NCBI GenBank assembly: GCA_965204725.1
Contig: OZ242005.1
Coordinates: 3,520,001 to 3,584,000, forward strand
DNA length: 64,000 nucleotides
Origin: Candidatus Latescibacterota bacterium
Lineage (GTDB): Bacteria > Latescibacterota > UBA2968 > UBA8231
Reading direction: 5' to 3'
Below, in pieces: positions 10,821 to 19,336 of this stretch. How positions within the stretch are numbered: the stretch's first letter is position 1; every line of letters begins with the position of its first letter. A program made the translations under genes and the position numbers. The notes below the pieces were generated by a model. That model was given only the letters and a program-made list of their open reading frames with translations. It searched no databases and had not been told where the DNA came from.

Positions 10821-11182
10821 TCTAGTGTAACAAGCGGCTCTATCTCCTGCTCAATTTTGCGGCGCAATGTGCGCTCGGCGACATCGAGATCGTAGCGGGT
10901 CTGAAGATTGATCCAGAACTCAGGCGTCGTGTCTAAGTAGTGCCCGAGGCGCAGCGCAGTATCGGTTGTGACGCTACGACGTCCGAGCACAATATCGTTC
11001 AGCCGTGGCCGCGAAACCTTGATCGCCTGAGCGAGCCGGTACACGCTAATCTCCAGCGGAATCAGGAACTCGTCGCGCAGGATCTCGCCGGGATGCACCG
11101 GCGGCAACCGCCGCCCAGAGGCTACATCCGAGAAGTCGATCTCGCGCCGGTCCAGTTCTTCGCGTTTGATGGTCATGCTCAT
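10742..11182 (-). CDS. higA: HigA family antitoxin (HTH-XRE)
   Basis: PPVHPGEILRDEFL...TALRLGHYLDTTPEFWINLQTRYDL; directly downstream of higB; atypical C-terminal extension. Confidence 0.92.
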   Translation of the reverse strand: MSMTIKREELDRREIDFSDVASGRRLPPVHPGEILRDEFLIPLEISVYRLAQAIKVSRPRLNDIVLGRRSVTTDTALRLGHYLDTTPEFWINLQTRYDLDVAERTLRRKIEQEIEPLVTLDERRAIPPPVDPGRTAGPHVDGASLG

Positions 11183-11190
11183 TTATCTCC

Positions 11191-11472
11191 TCAATGATAG
11201 TCCACAATCTCGACCTTCCACGCTTCTCCATCGCGCCAGACAAAGCAGATACGCCAGCGGTCATTGACTCGAATACTGTATTGCCCTCGGCGGTCTGACC
11301 GCAAAGCCTCGAGACGATTACCGGGCGGGGAACTTAGATCGTCGAGCCGACCAGCCGCATCAATTGCCAAGAGCTTCGCCCGCGCTCGCCGCTGGAGCTG
11401 TACGGGCAGGCCGCGTACGGCATGACCCGCAAAGATCGCTGCGGTGCGTTTATCCGCAAAGCTCTTGATCAT
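11191..11472 (-). CDS. higB: HigB (RelE/ParE superfamily) toxin
   Basis: MIKSFADK...PPGNRLEAL...GQYSIRVNDRWRICFVW...EIVDYH. Confidence 0.93.
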   Translation of the reverse strand: MIKSFADKRTAAIFAGHAVRGLPVQLQRRARAKLLAIDAAGRLDDLSSPPGNRLEALRSDRRGQYSIRVNDRWRICFVWRDGEAWKVEIVDYH

Positions 11473-11995
11473 CGGCCGATCCAAGCAACGCCTGATACGC
11501 CACCAACGCCCCTGCCACGTGAACATTCATCGACGGCCCCTTGCCGTACATGGGGATATAGACCGCTCCATCGCATAAGGCCAACGTCTGGCGATAGACG
11601 CCCTTGGTCTCGTTGCCGAGCACCAAACACACTTTGTCCGGGAAATCGTATTCCAAATAGCACACCGCCCCCTGCACCATTTCCAACGCCACCAAGTGAT
11701 ACCCTTCGTCCCGCAGAGCATTCGCCGCCTCGTCCATGCGCCCGATCCGCCGCCAAGCCACGCGCCGCTCATGGCCCCGAGCCGTGCGCTCAATATCCTC
11801 GTGCGGCGGCACGGGCGTCACACCCGTAAAGACCAACTCCCGCGCTCCACACGCATCGGCAATGCGAAACATCGAGCCGACATTGAGCGGGTCTTCGACG
11901 CTCTGCAACAGAAAGGCCAACTCCGCCTTGGGCGGATAGCGCTGCGTCGCATCCGCAAAGAGCCGCTTTACTTCCACTTTGCGCAAGGGGCGCAT
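11450..11995 (-). CDS. TrmH/SpoU family RNA methyltransferase
   Basis: DPLNVGSMFRIADA, LVLGNETKGV and IPMYGKGPSMNVHVA SPOUT motifs. Confidence 0.9.
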   Translation of the reverse strand: MRPLRKVEVKRLFADATQRYPPKAELAFLLQSVEDPLNVGSMFRIADACGARELVFTGVTPVPPHEDIERTARGHERRVAWRRIGRMDEAANALRDEGYHLVALEMVQGAVCYLEYDFPDKVCLVLGNETKGVYRQTLALCDGAVYIPMYGKGPSMNVHVAGALVAYQALLGSADDQELCG

Positions 11996-12003
11996 GGGCC
12001 GGC

Positions 12004-12831
12004 TTAAAAGCGGATGGCCTTGTACTGCTTCACGTGCTCGGTAATGGCGACCTCCACCGGCAATCGCTCCATGCTCGACGCGCCGTAGAACCCATGGACG
12101 CCCGTGGTGTTTTGCAACACGTACTCAGCGTCGGCCGGCTCTGAAATCGGCCCCCCGTGGCACAGCACAATCACTTCCTCAGACACGCCACGCGCCGCGT
12201 CGCCTATCGCCTGCACAACCCCCACCGATTCCTCCAAAGTCAGGGCGGTCGTCGCGCCAATCGCGCCCTTGGTGGTAAGCCCGGTATGCGCCACCACAAT
12301 GTCGGCCCCGGCCCCGGCCATAAGCTCGCCCTCGGCGGGATTAAAGGCATAAGGCGTCGTCAACAAACCCATCTCGTGCGCCGTGCGGATCATCTCCACC
12401 TCCACTCCATACCCCATCCCGGTCTCCTCCAAGTTTTGCCGATACAACCCGTCAATCAGCCCCACGGTCGGAAAATTCTGCACCCCGGAAAACCCGATGG
12501 CCGCCACCTCGCGCAAGAAAACATCCATCTGCCGGAACGGATCCGTCCCGCACACGCCAGCCAACACCGGCGTATCCTCCACCACCGTCAACACCTCCCC
12601 GGCCATATCCATCACAATCGCATTGGCGTCCCCGTAGGGCATGGTCCCAGCCAGCGACCCCCGGCCGGCCATGCGAAATCGCCCGGAGTTGTAAATCACA
12701 ATCAAGTCAACTCCGCCAGCCTCCTCGAACTTCGCGCTGATCCCGGTCCCGGCACCCGCGCCGATAATGGGAATCCCAGCGGCGATGTGGCGTCGCAACC
12801 GCATGAGCACTTCTTCTCTTGTAAACGCCAT
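12004..12831 (-). CDS. PEP-hydrolase-like TIM-barrel protein (TBST family)
   Basis: [47 protein letters not shown] and [12 protein letters not shown]. Confidence 0.9.
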   Translation of the reverse strand: MAFTREEVLMRLRRHIAAGIPIIGAGAGTGISAKFEEAGGVDLIVIYNSGRFRMAGRGSLAGTMPYGDANAIVMDMAGEVLTVVEDTPVLAGVCGTDPFRQMDVFLREVAAIGFSGVQNFPTVGLIDGLYRQNLEETGMGYGVEVEMIRTAHEMGLLTTPYAFNPAEGELMAGAGADIVVAHTGLTTKGAIGATTALTLEESVGVVQAIGDAARGVSEEVIVLCHGGPISEPADAEYVLQNTTGVHGFYGASSMERLPVEVAITEHVKQYKAIRF

Positions 12832-12837
12832 GGCCGC

Positions 12838-13251
12838 CTATCCGTTTAGTGCCTTTTCTATCCGCACCCCGTCCATCTTCCGCAGCTCGGCCTCCGGCCC
12901 AAACGGCGCATACACGGCGATCAACTTCATCGTCCCCACGCCGCTATTCACGGTCGAGTGATACACGGCCGTCGGAATGTGTACGAGCTCGCCCGGGCCG
13001 ATCTCCTTTTCCAGCGTACCCGATTCTAGTTCCACCGTCTGAATTCCAGTGCCTTCTATCACGTAGAGGATCTCCTCGCTATACGGATGGTTGTGGCGCA
13101 CGTGCCCTTGGCCCGGCGCCAGCTCCACTACGCCGCAGCTAAAGTGCTCGGCCGCGGTCACCAGCGGCTCGGAAAGCCAGTTTAACCGGCCCCAGTCAAA
13201 GACTTGGGTATCCACATCGGCGCATTGCACGAAGGTCTTTTTCTCGCTCAT
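12838..13251 (-). CDS. Cupin domain protein
   Basis: GHVRHNHPYSEEILYVIEG...IPTAVYHST; ATG at 13251 overlaps the upstream stop. Confidence 0.88.
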   Translation of the reverse strand: MSEKKTFVQCADVDTQVFDWGRLNWLSEPLVTAAEHFSCGVVELAPGQGHVRHNHPYSEEILYVIEGTGIQTVELESGTLEKEIGPGELVHIPTAVYHSTVNSGVGTMKLIAVYAPFGPEAELRKMDGVRIEKALNG

Positions 13252-14480
13252 AACTCTCCTGCTTTCTCGGCAATCAGCTCCAGCAGCAGCGCGGTCGCTG
13301 CGGCTGCAAACGCTGGATCGTTGATGTTGTGATCGACTTCGCGGACGAGGATGCCCTCGTCCAAGTTGGCTTTGAGGGCGTCGCCAAAGGCGCGGTCGGC
13401 TGCGCGGTCGCAAAACAACTCGCCATCGCCGTCGAGAATCGACACCCCTCTGAGCGGAATGAGCACGCCGACCGGGCCTTGGGCCGCGTTGAGCTTTTCG
13501 GCAAATATCCGGCCCATCAGCGCGTTCTCCTCGGCATTGGTGCGCATCAAGGTCACGGCTGGATTCCACTCGTAAAAGAGCCGCGTACCGTCCTTGTACT
13601 TTGGCGGCACGTCAGCCATGCCGCCAAAATTGGCCATATCCACGCAGCCGGGGACCACTACTTGGGGCAAACCCGCCCGGCCGGCCGCGCTCAAGCGATC
13701 TGGCCCCGCGCTGAAGACGCCGCCGCACACTTCGTCGGCCCACTCGGTGGTGGTAATGTCCAGAACCGCATCCACCAAGCCCTCGGCGATGAGCGACTCC
13801 ATAGTGCGGCCGCCCGTGCCCGTGGCGTGAAAAACCAAGACCTCGTACCCGCTCGCCGACAGGGCCTCGCTGCATGCGTTCACGCATTCGGTGGTGTTGC
13901 CAAACATCGATGCGACGACGATCGGCTTGTCGTCGCCGGCCGGGGCTGGCTCGGCCTCAACCATGCCGCAGATCGCGCCCGCGGCCCGCGTGAAAATTAC
14001 CCGCGAAATCCGATTGACCCCAGCCACATCCACAATTGACGGAATGAGCACGACGTCCTTGCTGCCCACGTACGCGGCCGTGTCGCCGGCCGCCACGGTC
14101 GAAACGCACACTTTGGGAACTCCCACCGGCAGGGCGCGCATGGCCGCCGTCACCACGCTGCTGCCGCCGGACCCACCCATGCCGACAATACCGTCAAACC
14201 GGCCCTCGGCGTACCCTTGCTCCGCCACCTTGGCCGCGCCCTCCCCCATAGCCTTCATGGCGGCACCGCGGTCGCCAGCCGCACGCAACGACTCCAGCGA
14301 CGCGCCAGCCGCCGCGGCCACCTCGCTGGCAGCCACATCCACCCCAAAGGCTTCGCACCCGCCCAGAACGCCCGTGTTCACGGCCAGCACTTCGTGGCCG
14401 CGAGCCAAAATCTGCTCGCGCAAGAAGGCGTACTCCACGCCCTTTGTGTCAAACGCCCCAACCATCATAATTGTAGCCAT
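13248..14480 (-). CDS. Tm-1-like ATP-binding protein (UPF0261)
   Basis: GAFDTKGVE, GGSGGS, ALPVGVPKVCVST, SMFGNTT, FHATGTGG and NINDPAFA. Confidence 0.9.
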   Translation of the reverse strand: MATIMMVGAFDTKGVEYAFLREQILARGHEVLAVNTGVLGGCEAFGVDVAASEVAAAAGASLESLRAAGDRGAAMKAMGEGAAKVAEQGYAEGRFDGIVGMGGSGGSSVVTAAMRALPVGVPKVCVSTVAAGDTAAYVGSKDVVLIPSIVDVAGVNRISRVIFTRAAGAICGMVEAEPAPAGDDKPIVVASMFGNTTECVNACSEALSASGYEVLVFHATGTGGRTMESLIAEGLVDAVLDITTTEWADEVCGGVFSAGPDRLSAAGRAGLPQVVVPGCVDMANFGGMADVPPKYKDGTRLFYEWNPAVTLMRTNAEENALMGRIFAEKLNAAQGPVGVLIPLRGVSILDGDGELFCDRAADRAFGDALKANLDEGILVREVDHNINDPAFAAAATALLLELIAEKAGEL

Positions 14481-14514
14481 AACGGCCTCCTAAGATAGTG
14501 CCTGACCCTTTGGA

Positions 14515-16749
14515 TCAGCGGCTTTGAGCAAAGCGCCGCAACCGGAGCGCGTTCATCACCACCGACACCGACGAAAAGGCCATCGCTAGGCTCGCCAGCA
14601 TCGGATTGAGCAGCGGGCCGCCGAACAGGTGTAGTGCGCCCGCGGCCACCGGAATGCCCGCGGCATTATAAAAAAATGCCCAGAACAAATTCTGCCTTAT
14701 GGTCCGCACGACCGCTCGGCTCAGTTCAATAGCCCGCGCCACATCCGCCAACCGACTGTGCATCAGCACCACCGGCGCCGACGCGGCCGCCACATCCGTC
14801 CCCGTGGCAAAGGCCATGCCCACATCGGCCGCGGCCAGTGCCGGCGCGTCGTTGATCCCATCGCCGACCATGGCGACGCAACGGCCCTCGGCCTGCAATG
14901 CCTGCACAACCGCCGCCTTGTCTGCGGGCAAGACACCGGCATGTACGGTCTCAATCCCCACTTGACGCGCCACGGCTTCAGCGGCCGGACGCCTGTCGCC
15001 GGTGAGCATCACCACCTCCAAGCCGCATTGACGCAATCGAACCACGTCGTCCTTGCTCTGCGGACGGGGGCGGTCGGCCAAAGACACGCGGCCTATCAGC
15101 GACCCGGCGACCGCGACCCACACGACGGTAGCACCAGCCGCCGGATCGCGATCTTCGTCTATGCGAACTCCCACTCCCGCCATCATGGCGCGATTGCCCA
15201 CCGCCACATCCTCGCCTTCCACCTCGGCCCGCGCCCCCTTGCCCGGGCTCGCCACCACTTCGCTCGCCTTCGGCACGGCCAAGTCCCGCTCGACCGCAGC
15301 CGTCACAATCGCCGCAGCGAGCGGATGCTCCGAGCCGCGCTCCACGGCTGCGGCCAAGCTCAGCACCTCGTCGGCGTGGCCTCCGTTTAAGGGCTCCACT
15401 CCGACTACCTGCGGCCGTCCTTCGGTAATCGTGCCGGTTTTGTCCAGCACCACGGCATCTACTTTGTGCGCCGTTTCCAGTGCTTCTGGGCTTTTGAACA
15501 AGATGCCTAAACGCGCACCTCGGCCCGTGCCGACCATAATGGCGGCCGGCGTGGCCAAGCCCAAGCTGCACGGGCAGGCGATGATCAACACGGCCACAAA
15601 AACCTGCAACGCAAAGCTCAAACCCTCCCCGGCCCACAGCCAACCCACTCCGGCCACCAAGCCCAAGGCCAAGACGACCGGCACAAAATATCCGGCGACG
15701 ACATCGGCTAGGCGGGCAATCGGGGCCTTGCCCGCCTGTGCGGCCTCGACTAAGCGCACCATTTGCATCAGCAGCGCGTCCCCGGCCCCCCGCGTTGCAC
15801 GCACCACGAGCGCACCCGCGCCGTTGAGGCTGCCGCCGGTCACGGCATCGCCCGGGGCCTTGGCCGCCGGCAGCGACTCGCCGGTCAGCAGCGACTCATC
15901 CACCGTAGAATTTCCTGCGATGACTTCGCCGTCGGCTGGGACGCGCTCGCCCGGGCGCACGCGCAGACAGTCTCCCACCGCGATGGCGTCGGCTGCAATT
16001 TCCCGCTCTCCATCGCCTTCGACTAACACCGCCTTGTCGGGCCTGAGTTGCAGCAGTGAGCCTATGGCCTCCTCGGCCCGCAACCGCGAGCGCGCTTCGA
16101 GATAGCGGCCCATCAGCATAAAGGTGACGATCGTGGCAACCGACGGGAAATAGGAGTCAAACGCCGCGACCGTCCCCACGGCCACGGCTCCCAACCCCCA
16201 AGCACTGTAAGCCCAAGCCGCGGCCGTGCCAATGGCGATTAGCGAAAACATGTTGGGGCGGCCTCGCCACAAAGCCTGCCCGCCCTCGGCGTAGATCGAG
16301 CGGCCAACCCACAGCACCGGCAGCACCAACAGCAGGTGCAAAACGCCCACTCGTAGCGGATGCTGTTCCAAAGACAACGCCGCAACCGATCCGCCCATCT
16401 GCTCGGCCATCTCCACCGCAAAGAGCGGCAGCCAAAACGCAGCGGCCCACCGCAAGGCCCCGGCCTGCTCGGCCAGCGCGGCCCGCTTGCGCGCCTGCCG
16501 CCTAGCCGCCCCTTCGGCCTCGGGTGCTTGCGGCCGTGCCGCAAACCCCGCTTTTGCCACGGCCACGGCAATGCTTTCCTCATCTACGGCCGCCGGGTCA
16601 AAGCGCACGGCCATCTGCTCGGTCGCCAAGTTCACGTCGGCCTTTTCGACGCCGGCCAAGCCAGACACCTGCTGCTCGACCTGCCGCACACAGCCCGCGC
16701 AGTGCATGCCCTCAATGGCAAAATGCTGCTCTCTACCGTTTTCCGTCAC
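14515..16749 (-). CDS. copA: Copper-type P1B heavy-metal ATPase
   Basis: GMHCAGC metal-binding domain, TGES, IACPCSLG, DKTGT, SEHPLA, GDGINDAP, YN and MAFSS; GTG start at 16749. Confidence 0.93.
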   Translation of the reverse strand: MTENGREQHFAIEGMHCAGCVRQVEQQVSGLAGVEKADVNLATEQMAVRFDPAAVDEESIAVAVAKAGFAARPQAPEAEGAARRQARKRAALAEQAGALRWAAAFWLPLFAVEMAEQMGGSVAALSLEQHPLRVGVLHLLLVLPVLWVGRSIYAEGGQALWRGRPNMFSLIAIGTAAAWAYSAWGLGAVAVGTVAAFDSYFPSVATIVTFMLMGRYLEARSRLRAEEAIGSLLQLRPDKAVLVEGDGEREIAADAIAVGDCLRVRPGERVPADGEVIAGNSTVDESLLTGESLPAAKAPGDAVTGGSLNGAGALVVRATRGAGDALLMQMVRLVEAAQAGKAPIARLADVVAGYFVPVVLALGLVAGVGWLWAGEGLSFALQVFVAVLIIACPCSLGLATPAAIMVGTGRGARLGILFKSPEALETAHKVDAVVLDKTGTITEGRPQVVGVEPLNGGHADEVLSLAAAVERGSEHPLAAAIVTAAVERDLAVPKASEVVASPGKGARAEVEGEDVAVGNRAMMAGVGVRIDEDRDPAAGATVVWVAVAGSLIGRVSLADRPRPQSKDDVVRLRQCGLEVVMLTGDRRPAAEAVARQVGIETVHAGVLPADKAAVVQALQAEGRCVAMVGDGINDAPALAAADVGMAFATGTDVAAASAPVVLMHSRLADVARAIELSRAVVRTIRQNLFWAFFYNAAGIPVAAGALHLFGGPLLNPMLASLAMAFSSVSVVMNALRLRRFAQSR

Positions 16750-16765
16750 GTTCCAACCTCGCAAC

Positions 16766-17254
16766 TCAGTCGAGCGCGTCCAGCCGTTGCTTGATCCGCG
16801 CCCAAGTTGTTTCCTCAACCGCCGTATCATGCGGCGGCAGCGGCGGGGTACTCTCGGGATCGCCGGGATTGAACACCTTTCCCGCCGTAGAATCACCATC
16901 GTCGCCAGCCCCATCCTCGTGCGTCCCCTCGGGATTGGGATCGCCCACCACCCAAGTACCGGCTGGATCGCCCAACTCCGCCCCATTGGAGGCGCCGTCG
17001 CCATCGGAGTCCAAGGCCGCTAGCGCTGGATCCCAAATCACTTCACCGGCTGGACCAGCCGCGGTGAGGAAGTTGGTTAGGATCTCCAAGCCAAACGGGT
17101 TGAGCGGCGATCCACCGCCAGCTACGTGGCAGGTGTTGCAGCTAGCCGCAGAGCCGTTGGGAATCTGCCTTACGCGCTTGCTACGCGCAGCCGCCTCCTC
17201 GGCAACCAAGCCACCAACAAAGAGCGCACCTACCAGCAGAACTCGCAAAGTCAT
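16766..17254 (-). CDS. Secreted temptin-like protein with CxxCH motif and C-terminal TAVEETTWARIK tag
   Basis: Signal peptide; IPNG...CNTCH...GGGSPLNPFG...W...LDSDGDGASNGAELGDP...W; ends 16 nt before the copA start. Confidence 0.7.
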   Translation of the reverse strand: MTLRVLLVGALFVGGLVAEEAAARSKRVRQIPNGSAASCNTCHVAGGGSPLNPFGLEILTNFLTAAGPAGEVIWDPALAALDSDGDGASNGAELGDPAGTWVVGDPNPEGTHEDGAGDDGDSTAGKVFNPGDPESTPPLPPHDTAVEETTWARIKQRLDALD

Positions 17255-17425
17255 AGAAAATCTCCTTTTCTCGTCGTTCACCAGAGGTTTCGTTCTTTAG
17301 AACATGACTACGCTTAACCCGATAAGTCAACACAGGCCCTTGCGAGAACGCCCGCCGGTTCGCCCCGCACCGCCAAATCGCGCATATTCTCCTAGCCCTA
17401 GTCCATTCCACAGGAGGCAACGTTC

Positions 17426-19246
17426 ATGTCCACCGCTCAGCGTCTCGACCTAAGCCAAGTGCGGCCGCCGATTGATGTCGATCCAGCGACCTGCGTCTAT
17501 CACCGGCTCGCACCGGCGAGCGAATTTGCCGCCGGCGAGGGCCGGTCCTTTACAGTCGAAGGCATTCACCTCGCGGTGTTTCTCTACGAGGGGGCCTTTC
17601 ACGCCGTTGACAATCGCTGCCCGCACATGGGCTACCCCATGTCCAAAGGCAGCATCCGCGACGGGGTGCTTATATGCCACTGGCACCACTGGGAATTTGA
17701 CCTAAAGACGGGCGGCTGCCTGCTGACTTCGGGCGACGACCTGAAAGCCTTTCCCGTGGAGGTGCGCGACGACGGCTGCGCGTGGGTCGGCATCCCGCCC
17801 GGCGAGCGGGAAGAGGCCCGCCGGCGGCTCGTGGCTCGCGGCAAGCGCATCCTCGAACAAGGGCTTAAGGACCGCAGCTCCTTCCTCATCGCCAAAGCGG
17901 TCGCCGCCCTCCGCCAGACCGGGGCCACCCCGCAGGAAATCATCCAGCAGGGCCTTTACTACGGCGCGCACAAAACCAACGAAGGCTGGTCCTCGGGCGT
18001 CGCCATCCTAACCCTCGCGGCGAACTTGTGGGACGACATTGCCGAGGCCGACCAAAACCTTTTCCTCGTCCACGGCTTGACCCAGATCTCGCGGCGCACC
18101 TCTGGCTCGTCGCGCCGCCAGCGCTTCCCCTTTCCCCGCACCAAGGCCGACCAAAATTTGGCCACCCTCAAGCGCTGGTTTCGCACCTTTGTCGATCAGC
18201 GGCACCACGGCGCGGCCGAGCGCATCTTGCTGACCTTGCACGACCGCGACTGCGGCAAGGAAACCCTCGCGGATTTTGTCTTTACGGCCGCCACGGACTT
18301 CTACTTCACCGGCGACGGGCACGCCCTCGACTTTGCCAACAAAATGTTCGAGGCCCTCGACTCCGTGGACTGGGTCGGTGCCCACGAGATCCTCCGCCCG
18401 ATCGTCGTCGATCTGGTCAGCCGCACCCGCCACGAAGAGACCTCGCGCTGGGCCGACAGCCTGCCGGCCTTAGAAAGCATCTTCTCGCGCCTAGACGCGA
18501 TCTGGGAGGACAACCAGCGCAACGAAGCCACCCTCGACGTCTCCGCCTTCGCCCAAGTCATGCTCGGCGACGATTTTGAACCCATTCTCGCCCGCGTCGA
18601 AGCGGCCCTGCGCGCGGGCGTACCGCCGACCCAGCTCTGCCGCGCCATGACCTACGCCAGCGCGTTGCGCACCCTGCGCTTCCACCTCAAAAACGAGGGC
18701 GATTGGCACGACGTCGCCAACATATATTCCTACGCCCACGCTCTATACGCGGCCTTCCACTACGCCGCCAGCAAGGAGCTGTTGCGCGCCATTTTTCACG
18801 GCGCAGTCTTTCTCACGTACCTGCGCTGGCTCAACATGCCGGCCGCCCGCGTCCCCCAGCTTGGACAAACGCTTGGCGAGGACTTCGCCTCCAGCGAGGC
18901 CATGCTCCAGCGTCTAGGGGAACTGGCTGACTTCCAGAAGGTCTTTGAGGCCGAACTCCTCGTCAGCCAGTACCTCGCAGAAGGACGCGACATCACCCAG
19001 CTCCGGTACGCCTTGGCCCACATCATGCTCCGCGAAGACGCCGAGCTGCACATGTTCCAAGTGCTCGAAGCCGCGTTCCGGCACTACGACTTGAGCAGCG
19101 ATCCAGCGGAAAAGCGCGTCCACCTTTTGGCCGCGACCCGCTACATCACCGCGCAGAAGGTGATGAAGAACATCCTCTGGTCCACCCAAAACGCCGAGCG
19201 GCTCCAGCGCGGCGAGCTCCTCAGCGAGCGCGAAGACGACGATTGA
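17426..19246 (+). CDS. Rieske [2Fe-2S] domain protein with long helical C-terminal region
   Basis: CPHMG...CHWHHW Rieske ligands; RBS AGGAGG; DGHALDFANK motif. Confidence 0.85.
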   Translation: MSTAQRLDLSQVRPPIDVDPATCVYHRLAPASEFAAGEGRSFTVEGIHLAVFLYEGAFHAVDNRCPHMGYPMSKGSIRDGVLICHWHHWEFDLKTGGCLLTSGDDLKAFPVEVRDDGCAWVGIPPGEREEARRRLVARGKRILEQGLKDRSSFLIAKAVAALRQTGATPQEIIQQGLYYGAHKTNEGWSSGVAILTLAANLWDDIAEADQNLFLVHGLTQISRRTSGSSRRQRFPFPRTKADQNLATLKRWFRTFVDQRHHGAAERILLTLHDRDCGKETLADFVFTAATDFYFTGDGHALDFANKMFEALDSVDWVGAHEILRPIVVDLVSRTRHEETSRWADSLPALESIFSRLDAIWEDNQRNEATLDVSAFAQVMLGDDFEPILARVEAALRAGVPPTQLCRAMTYASALRTLRFHLKNEGDWHDVANIYSYAHALYAAFHYAASKELLRAIFHGAVFLTYLRWLNMPAARVPQLGQTLGEDFASSEAMLQRLGELADFQKVFEAELLVSQYLAEGRDITQLRYALAHIMLREDAELHMFQVLEAAFRHYDLSSDPAEKRVHLLAATRYITAQKVMKNILWSTQNAERLQRGELLSEREDDD

Positions 19247-19290
19247 GAAAAGGATCACCGCGCCGAAATCTATTGGAATGAGCTTTAACC

Positions 19291-19323
19291 ATGAAAATCG
19301 GTACTCGCACTGTCGATTTTCAT
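19291..19323. promoter_or_regulatory. Operator-like inverted repeat ATGAAAATCG-N13-CGATTTTCAT
   Basis: Perfect 10-bp inverted repeat ending 13 nt before the DUF4143 ATPase start codon. Confidence 0.55.
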
Positions 19324-19336
19324 TATATTTCTACGT

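Noticed and set aside
16750-17004. 85-aa N-terminal extension of CopA in the ORF track
   Set aside because: It overlaps the temptin-like gene in another frame; the GTG at 16749 just before the metal-binding domain is more plausible.
17295-17335. CueR/MerR-type operator upstream of the copA operon
   Set aside because: Only a weak TTGACT-N18-CATGTT promoter-like match, without the 19-nt spacer and dyad typical of MerR-family sites.
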